IMG/VR virus record: IMGVR_UViG_3300028603_000022 | Span: 64,001-128,000 of that record | DNA from: a virus | Lineage: Duplodnaviria > Caudoviricetes | Strand: one strand, 5' to 3' | DNA: 64,000 nt | Part shown: positions 59,600 to 64,000 of the stretch, one piece after another | How positions within the stretch are numbered: the stretch's first letter is position 1 | Layout: every line of letters begins with the position of its first letter | The notes under the pieces: generated by a model | Seen by the model: the letters and a program-made list of their open reading frames with translations, nothing else | Database searches by the model: none | What the model was told of the DNA's origin: nothing | Made by a program: the position numbers and the translations under genes

Positions 59600-59612
59600 G
59601 AAATACCATTTA

Positions 59613-59687
59613 GGGAGCGTAGTTCAATGGCAGAACCAACAGCTCATAACTGTTTAGTCGGGTGTTCGATTCATCCCGCTCCCACCA
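59613..59687 (+). tRNA. tRNA with CAU anticodon (elongator Met or Ile2)
   Basis: GGGAGCG/CGCTCCC acceptor, AACAG-CTCATAA-CTGTT, encoded CCA. Confidence 0.88.
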
Positions 59688-59702
59688 GAAAGAAGTAGCA
59701 AC

Positions 59703-60335
59703 ATGAATAAAAATATGAAAATGGTTCCTAGAATATTATCTGAAAAAGCTTCACCGCAGATAGCGGTGTCTACGGATTTCACTCTAAATGACGCCGAACG
59801 TAATAAAGAGATACACTCAAAACTATGGGCCAAAGTTTCAGAAGTTATAAAAGAGGATGAAAGAAACCTATTTTACAGAGTAGGTGATTCATATAATGGC
59901 TGGTATGCGGGCTATGATAAGAGAATAGGTCTTCTCTATTATTTAGTACGGATAAAACGCTTAAATAAAAAACTTTCAGGTACTACTGTAACTCAAACCC
60001 TAGTATGGCGATGGCCTGGTAATAAATTATCCACCGATATTACTAAAAATGTAATTTTTGATATTCTTTTACACAGATACCCAGCCATTATGTCGGATTC
60101 TTTACAAACAAAAGATGGAGGGCAATTCTGGAAAAGACTATTAGCCTTAGCTTCTGATAAAAACTATCATATAGGGTTATTAAATTTTAATACTCGTGAA
60201 GTCATTGTTCCAAAAGAAGACGAGGATGTAGCCGAATTTATCATTCGAGTAGAAAAGGATTCGTGGGGGGATTTAGGCAGCTACTCAGCTGTAAGATTTA
60301 TTATTTCTAATAATCCTATTATACCTACCAAATAG
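59703..60335 (+). CDS. GNAT-fold-like protein, paralog of 37466..38068
   Basis: EDERNLFYRVG..GWYAG.DK..GLLYYLV and IMSD..T.DG..FW shared with the paralog. Confidence 0.55.
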   Translation: MNKNMKMVPRILSEKASPQIAVSTDFTLNDAERNKEIHSKLWAKVSEVIKEDERNLFYRVGDSYNGWYAGYDKRIGLLYYLVRIKRLNKKLSGTTVTQTLVWRWPGNKLSTDITKNVIFDILLHRYPAIMSDSLQTKDGGQFWKRLLALASDKNYHIGLLNFNTREVIVPKEDEDVAEFIIRVEKDSWGDLGSYSAVRFIISNNPIIPTK

Positions 60336-60478
60336 TCGTAGTATGTTCTTGATGAAACCTCTCTGCTGTGAACTTAAATTGCGCAAAGGATGATGGCATT
60401 TAGAAACGTAAGACAACGGTGGCTGATTGAAGTCGTGGGTCCAAGGGACTTCGAGAAAGCTGGCAATGTTTACTACGA
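60336..60478 (+). ncRNA. Candidate structured ncRNA 2 with box C/D-like motifs
   Basis: Closing stem tcgtagta/tactacga; internal hairpin ttgaagtc/gacttcga. Confidence 0.45.
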
Positions 60479-60482
60479 TGAA

Positions 60483-60533
60483 CAGAGGGCGGGTAGTTTC
60501 CTGCTTTCCTACCCGCCCTCTGGTTCCCTTTAT
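60483..60533 (+). terminator. Strong hairpin after ncRNA 2
   Basis: cagagggcgggtag/ctacccgccctctg perfect 14 bp stem. Confidence 0.6.
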
Positions 60534-60548
60534 TTATAAGGATAAAAT

Positions 60549-60722
60549 ATGCTTATAAATCGTAGGTTATTTCTTAAAACTACGTTACCTTTAGTGGCTT
60601 TAGGGGGTTCTACCAAAAAGAATGATCGCTGCGTAGGCGGAAAGCTATATAAACGACGAAGTGCTAAGACTTGCTCTGCTAAGTGTAGTACCGACTACAG
60701 GTCGTTATCTCACAAAATGTAA
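60549..60722 (+). CDS. 57 aa ORF with twin-arginine motif
   Basis: AAGGA RBS; MLINRRLFLKTTLPLVALGG; TCSAKC. Confidence 0.4.
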   Translation: MLINRRLFLKTTLPLVALGGSTKKNDRCVGGKLYKRRSAKTCSAKCSTDYRSLSHKM

Positions 60723-60742
60723 GACATAGCCGTTAATAACTA

Positions 60743-60780
60743 GAGCCGGTAGTTCAGTGGCAGAACGTGGAACTTTTTTT
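60743..60780 (+). pseudogene. 5' half of a tRNA (ends at a CT-TTT anticodon)
   Basis: GAGCCGG TA GTTC AGTGGCA GAAC G TGGAA CTTTT, then abuts the next tRNA. Confidence 0.7.
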
Positions 60781-60866
60781 GGACACGTATGCAAGCGGTC
60801 AAAGCGAAGGAACTTTTAATTCCTCGGCGAAAGCCTACGTGGGTTCAAATCCCACCGTGTCCTCCA
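60781..60866 (+). tRNA. tRNA with UUU (Lys) anticodon and long variable arm
   Basis: GGACACG/CGTGTCC, AGGAA-CTTTTAA-TTCCT, GGC-GAAA-GCC arm, GTGGG-TTCAAAT-CCCAC, U73, CCA. Confidence 0.88.
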
Positions 60867-60926
60867 TGTTTTATTCGAACTCGAACACTAATTATTTCAT
60901 GGATTAATTCGAGTTCGAATAAAACA
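60867..60926. repeat. Perfect 19 bp inverted repeat between tRNA and HNH start codon
   Basis: tgttttattcgaactcgaa (60867-60885) / ttcgagttcgaataaaaca (60908-60926). Confidence 0.9.
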
Positions 60927-61500
60927 ATGAAAAAGTTTCATAAAATAAATGGGTATATATTAAGGTATAAACCTAACCATCCTAAAGCCTTTACTAAAGG
61001 TAAAGCAGGAAAGAACGGACACGAAGGTTATGTGTATGAGCACGTATTGGTGGCGGAGAAAAAATTAGGACGCCTTTTAGAAAAAGATGAAGAAGTTCAT
61101 CATCTAGACTTAGTTAGGTCCAATAATAGACCTAATAATTTAATAGTTATTCTTAAATCTGAGCACATGGCATTACATGCTTGGTTAGACAAAATAGGGT
61201 ATACATGTGACAACGTATCACATTTAGACAGGGAATACGAATGTATTCCTAGATGCGGATACTGTAAATTTCCTATAATGGATAAGCAAAAGCATTGTTC
61301 TAAAAAATGTCAACTCAAACATGTAGATAAAAAAATTGCGTAAAAAAAAGGCGGATAAAAATAAATTACATAAGTTGCTGTTAAAATATTCTTTTGTTAA
61401 AGTTGGTAAACTTCTGGACTTATCAGATAATGGGGTTAGAAAATACGCAATTAGATTGGGCTTAGACCCAAAGTATTACACACAATATAAACGGGGTTGA
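60927..61500 (+). CDS. HNH homing endonuclease; stops at 61343 as written, with HTH-like C-terminus in the +1 frame to 61500
   Basis: YVYEHVLVAEKKLGR..VHH.D..RSNN..NL; CxxC and CSxxC; +1 frame reads SFVKVGKLLDLSDNGVRKYAIRLGL. Confidence 0.8.
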
Positions 61501-61537
61501 TCGAAGGCCGAGGGTTCAAATCCCTCCGGGTTCACCA
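61496..61537 (+). pseudogene. 3' half of a tRNA
   Basis: ..ATCGA AGGCC GAGGG-TTCAAAT-CCCTC CGGGTTC ACCA with no adjacent 5' half. Confidence 0.75.
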
Positions 61538-61649
61538 AATTTCAAACAGGAGGCTAATGTGTTTAAACAAACACATAATTTCTTCATTAATGTTACTACT
61601 CCGATCATACGCGGGCCTCATAGGGAGGCACCGTTTATCGGAGAGTCAT

Positions 61650-61817
61650 ATGAACTTCAAACGCAAAAAACCGAAAAATGCTAGGGCAGGGTGTCTTATG
61701 TGTAAACCCCATAAAGTAAATGGGGCTTGTCCTAGACATAAAGATATGAAAATGGGTAATCTTCGCCGTTACCAGTCAGGTACTTATCAGATGCGTTGCG
61801 AAGGTATTAAGAATTAG
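61650..61817 (+). CDS. Small basic Cys/His protein
   Basis: MNFKRKKPKNARAGCLMCKPHK; GGAG RBS. Confidence 0.6.
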   Translation: MNFKRKKPKNARAGCLMCKPHKVNGACPRHKDMKMGNLRRYQSGTYQMRCEGIKN

Positions 61818-62055
61818 GGGAAACCCTTACAAGTTCTGTCGGAAGAAAGTAGGCCATGACAGAAGGCTCGATCGACGAAATCTTCCTGCTTGTGAGATTA
61901 AGTAACTCTCTGACACTGTGGAAAGACTCTGACCCGCTGTAAAGGGAAACACGGAAAGGTAACAGGAGCCTTGAGTTTGATAAGTTGAAACCAGTCCGTC
62001 CTGTTCAGGTAAGCATGCGGATGCTGAGGATGGGTTCAACCTGTTTCTAGAGCAG
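61816..62055 (+). ncRNA. Candidate structured ncRNA 3 with possible pseudoknot
   Basis: Nested stems; no credible ORF; followed by a terminator-like hairpin. Confidence 0.55.
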
Positions 62056-62070
62056 TATTTTAGTGTTAAA

Positions 62071-62101
62071 TAGGTGGAGTATTTCTAGGATACTCCACCT
62101 A
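62071..62101 (+). terminator. Stem-loop / terminator
   Basis: taggtggagtat...atactccaccta 12 bp stem. Confidence 0.65.
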
Positions 62102-62120
62102 CTTAGGTTTAGAGGGTTAC

Positions 62121-62366
62121 ATGACACAGCTAATAGCTCATATAACCATTGTAGCTTTTCAAGTTTTCATGTGTCTCGTATCTGTTTTAGTAATATCTAC
62201 ACTGTTCAACAAATTCTACAAACGTAGATTCTACATAGAACGTAGCGGGACAATAATTAGAGGAACATACTGTCATCCTTTTATGTTAACTCTAGTTAAC
62301 TACAATCTTCTAATACTGATTGTAGCGTTATTCACATTAGGATTAGCTTTTCACTTCAACTGGTAA
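62121..62366 (+). CDS. Small membrane protein (2 TM)
   Basis: Two hydrophobic segments; GAGG RBS. Confidence 0.5.
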   Translation: MTQLIAHITIVAFQVFMCLVSVLVISTLFNKFYKRRFYIERSGTIIRGTYCHPFMLTLVNYNLLILIVALFTLGLAFHFNW

Positions 62367-62380
62367 AAAAGGAAAATACA

Positions 62381-62503
62381 ATGGCTTTGAAGAAGGGTAT
62401 CACTGTTAAGCACCGTACTTCTATCGGTAATTCAGCGTTTAGCCGACCAAAGAACAAAAGCAATACAAAGAAGAAATACCGTGGTCAGGGAAAGGCTAAA
62501 TAG
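62381..62503 (+). CDS. 40 aa basic protein ending KKYRGQGKAK (below ORF-track cutoff)
   Basis: AAGGA RBS; TSIG and YRGQG motifs. Confidence 0.6.
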   Translation: MALKKGITVKHRTSIGNSAFSRPKNKSNTKKKYRGQGKAK

Positions 62504-62839
62504 ATGGTAAAGAAAGTATCTACGAAAGTAACTGAGTCACAAACAAATCAGGTTAGAGAATCTTCGGATACCTATAGTTCAGTAGAGGCGTTATTAAAAG
62601 AAACGAGGCAGCTTAATAACGCCTTGGATGAAATTCTATCCATGCTTACACGTATTACCGACGAAGTTCAAGAAACCTATGTTGCGGACAGCGTTCCTCT
62701 GGTGATCCAATCAACACTTAACGAACGATTAGAACACGGTGTTAACGAAGTAAAATCTGCACTTCTTAAAGCTAATGCCATAAATACAACAATATATTGG
62801 AGTATTTTAGGTACTCGTGGTAGTTCAGAAGATAAATAA
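62504..62839 (+). CDS. Hypothetical coiled-coil protein
   Basis: Abuts previous ORF; followed by terminator. Confidence 0.5.
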   Translation: MVKKVSTKVTESQTNQVRESSDTYSSVEALLKETRQLNNALDEILSMLTRITDEVQETYVADSVPLVIQSTLNERLEHGVNEVKSALLKANAINTTIYWSILGTRGSSEDK

Positions 62840-62861
62840 ACGGCTACGACATTCTTAAATC

Positions 62862-62885
62862 AGGAGGGTTTATCCCTCCTTTTTT
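62862..62885 (+). terminator. Intrinsic terminator
   Basis: aggaggg-ttta-tccctcct followed by a T-run. Confidence 0.8.
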
Positions 62886-62954
62886 GTGCCTATTTATCTA
62901 CATTATTATACTATTTTCACTAATTCTATATCATAAGACAATCGAGAAAACTCA

Positions 62955-63269
62955 ATGTCAGGTTTTGTAGAAGTTATTCAGTATTTTTCTCAAATATCAG
63001 CTGTTGTCATTATGATTAACAGCTTTCTTCTATTTCTGTGCTTAATGTCTATACGTCCTAACAACCGCAAAAGGGAATCCATGTATTTAGGATTCCTTCA
63101 AGGTCTTACAGAATTTAGCATAGGCGCTTGGTTATTGGTTTCAAGGCCAATCTTTCTTGATTTAGACTTTAGTTTCATAGCTACAGTTATATTTACATTG
63201 GTAGTGTTTATAGCACTGTTTATTCGTCTGTATTTTTTCATTGCTTTAAGATACATCTATTCAAGATAA
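62955..63269 (+). CDS. Three-TM membrane protein, holin candidate
   Basis: 104 aa, three hydrophobic segments, basic C-terminus. Confidence 0.45.
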   Translation: MSGFVEVIQYFSQISAVVIMINSFLLFLCLMSIRPNNRKRESMYLGFLQGLTEFSIGAWLLVSRPIFLDLDFSFIATVIFTLVVFIALFIRLYFFIALRYIYSR

Positions 63270-63297
63270 CTAATGCAAAGACCAATGTTGATACAAC

Positions 63298-63675
63298 ATG
63301 ATAGATTTAATAAAGCTAATTTCCGATCCATTGTTGAAAGATGGGATAGCGATTGTCGCTATTGTATTTACAGCTCTTTTTATATTTATAAAGCATCTTC
63401 TTAAGTTTCTTGTTAGTATTAGTAGTAAAAAAGAACCCGACGCGACAAGAATGGAAGCGTACTTGTTAAGATCAGTAGACAAGTATGAAAAAGAACGCAG
63501 AGTATGCTTAGAAGACCATAAAAAACTACAACTTGAATTAGCTAAAACTAACCACACATTAACTAAAATGTTGGTACAAATCAAAGTTTTGAAAAGCAGA
63601 ATTAGATATTTAGAGTTTAAACTAAGTGAAAACAACATTAGAGTCTCACCACAACTGGACAACTTCGATGATTAA
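63298..63675 (+). CDS. Single-TM coiled-coil protein, possibly lysis-associated
   Basis: N-terminal TM followed by coiled coil. Confidence 0.45.
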   Translation: MIDLIKLISDPLLKDGIAIVAIVFTALFIFIKHLLKFLVSISSKKEPDATRMEAYLLRSVDKYEKERRVCLEDHKKLQLELAKTNHTLTKMLVQIKVLKSRIRYLEFKLSENNIRVSPQLDNFDD

Positions 63676-64000
63676 CGCAATCACTAATAAGTTAGACAGA
63701 TTTTCAAATTATTTAGCTGATATTGTGGATAATCTCCACATTCAAACCTTTATTAGAAAGATTTTAGACCTTATTATAGATACTAGTATACGTGCTGGAG
63801 TTATAGTTCTGATATTCTCTTTTACGCTCAACGTAGGGCCGGCTATTGAATCCAGATTCTTGGGTGTTTTCGATGAATGGCATGCTAGTAACTACGCACA
63901 ACAAGGTAATAAATGGACTTTCAACGTAGCAGCGTCTAATCCTTGGTATAGATTTAACTGTTTATACATATCTGAACAGACTGTAGACGCCAATGTGTTT
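63668..64000 (+). CDS. Membrane-anchored protein (partial)
   Basis: ATG 63668; frame open to window edge; one TM then GPAIESRF. Confidence 0.45.
   Translation, partial: MINAITNKLDRFSNYLADIVDNLHIQTFIRKILDLIIDTSIRAGVIVLIFSFTLNVGPAIESRFLGVFDEWHASNYAQQGNKWTFNVAASNPWYRFNCLYISEQTVDANVF

Noticed and set aside
60345-60420. Hammerhead ribozyme
   Set aside because: Core reads TTGATGA rather than CTGATGA, and stem III with a UH cleavage site cannot be formed.
59191-60926. ORFs 59191..59466, 59504..59698 and the 60789 start for the HNH gene
   Set aside because: They overlap tRNA genes or structured RNA; the HNH start was reassigned to 60927.
60743-61537. Group I intron in a tRNA anticodon loop
   Set aside because: The interval is fully occupied by a tRNA, a hairpin and the HNH ORF, with no P3-P7 core, and the halves pair poorly in the anticodon stem.
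1-64000. Genome-wide UAG recoding
   Set aside because: Many genes end in TAG directly before the next gene (for example 1254, 7593, 8635), and no suppressor tRNA is present.

Overview
This window is a segment of a large, AT-rich contractile-tailed (myovirus-type) dsDNA phage. The host is probably an alphaproteobacterium (Rhizobiales-like), inferred from GC-rich acquired modules and host-type secreted proteins. There are three transcription blocks. (1) + strand, 1-29054: baseplate, many tail fibre/spike genes, a GH19 endolysin, overlapping spanins and a PAAR protein. (2) - strand, 29044-47148: family A DNA polymerase, clamp-like protein, nucleotide kinases, Nudix, DHFR, deaminase, phosphoesterase, an ATP-grasp enzyme and small ORFs. 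(3) + strand, 47573-64000: early-type small genes behind consensus sigma70 promoters, a nuclease-less IS110/Nop-domain (TasA-like) protein, a second ATP-grasp enzyme, a tRNA/ncRNA/HNH cluster and membrane proteins. Best leads: the TasA-like protein with no clean guide array; three unexplained structured RNAs in the tRNA cluster, one with box C/D-like motifs; a tRNA(UUU) with a class II long variable arm lying with an HNH gene between two half-tRNAs; a 140-codon in-frame extension past a UAG in a baseplate gene; and a divergent promoter region rich in AACGTT palindromes. All calls are from motif reading by eye; no searches or folding programs were run.
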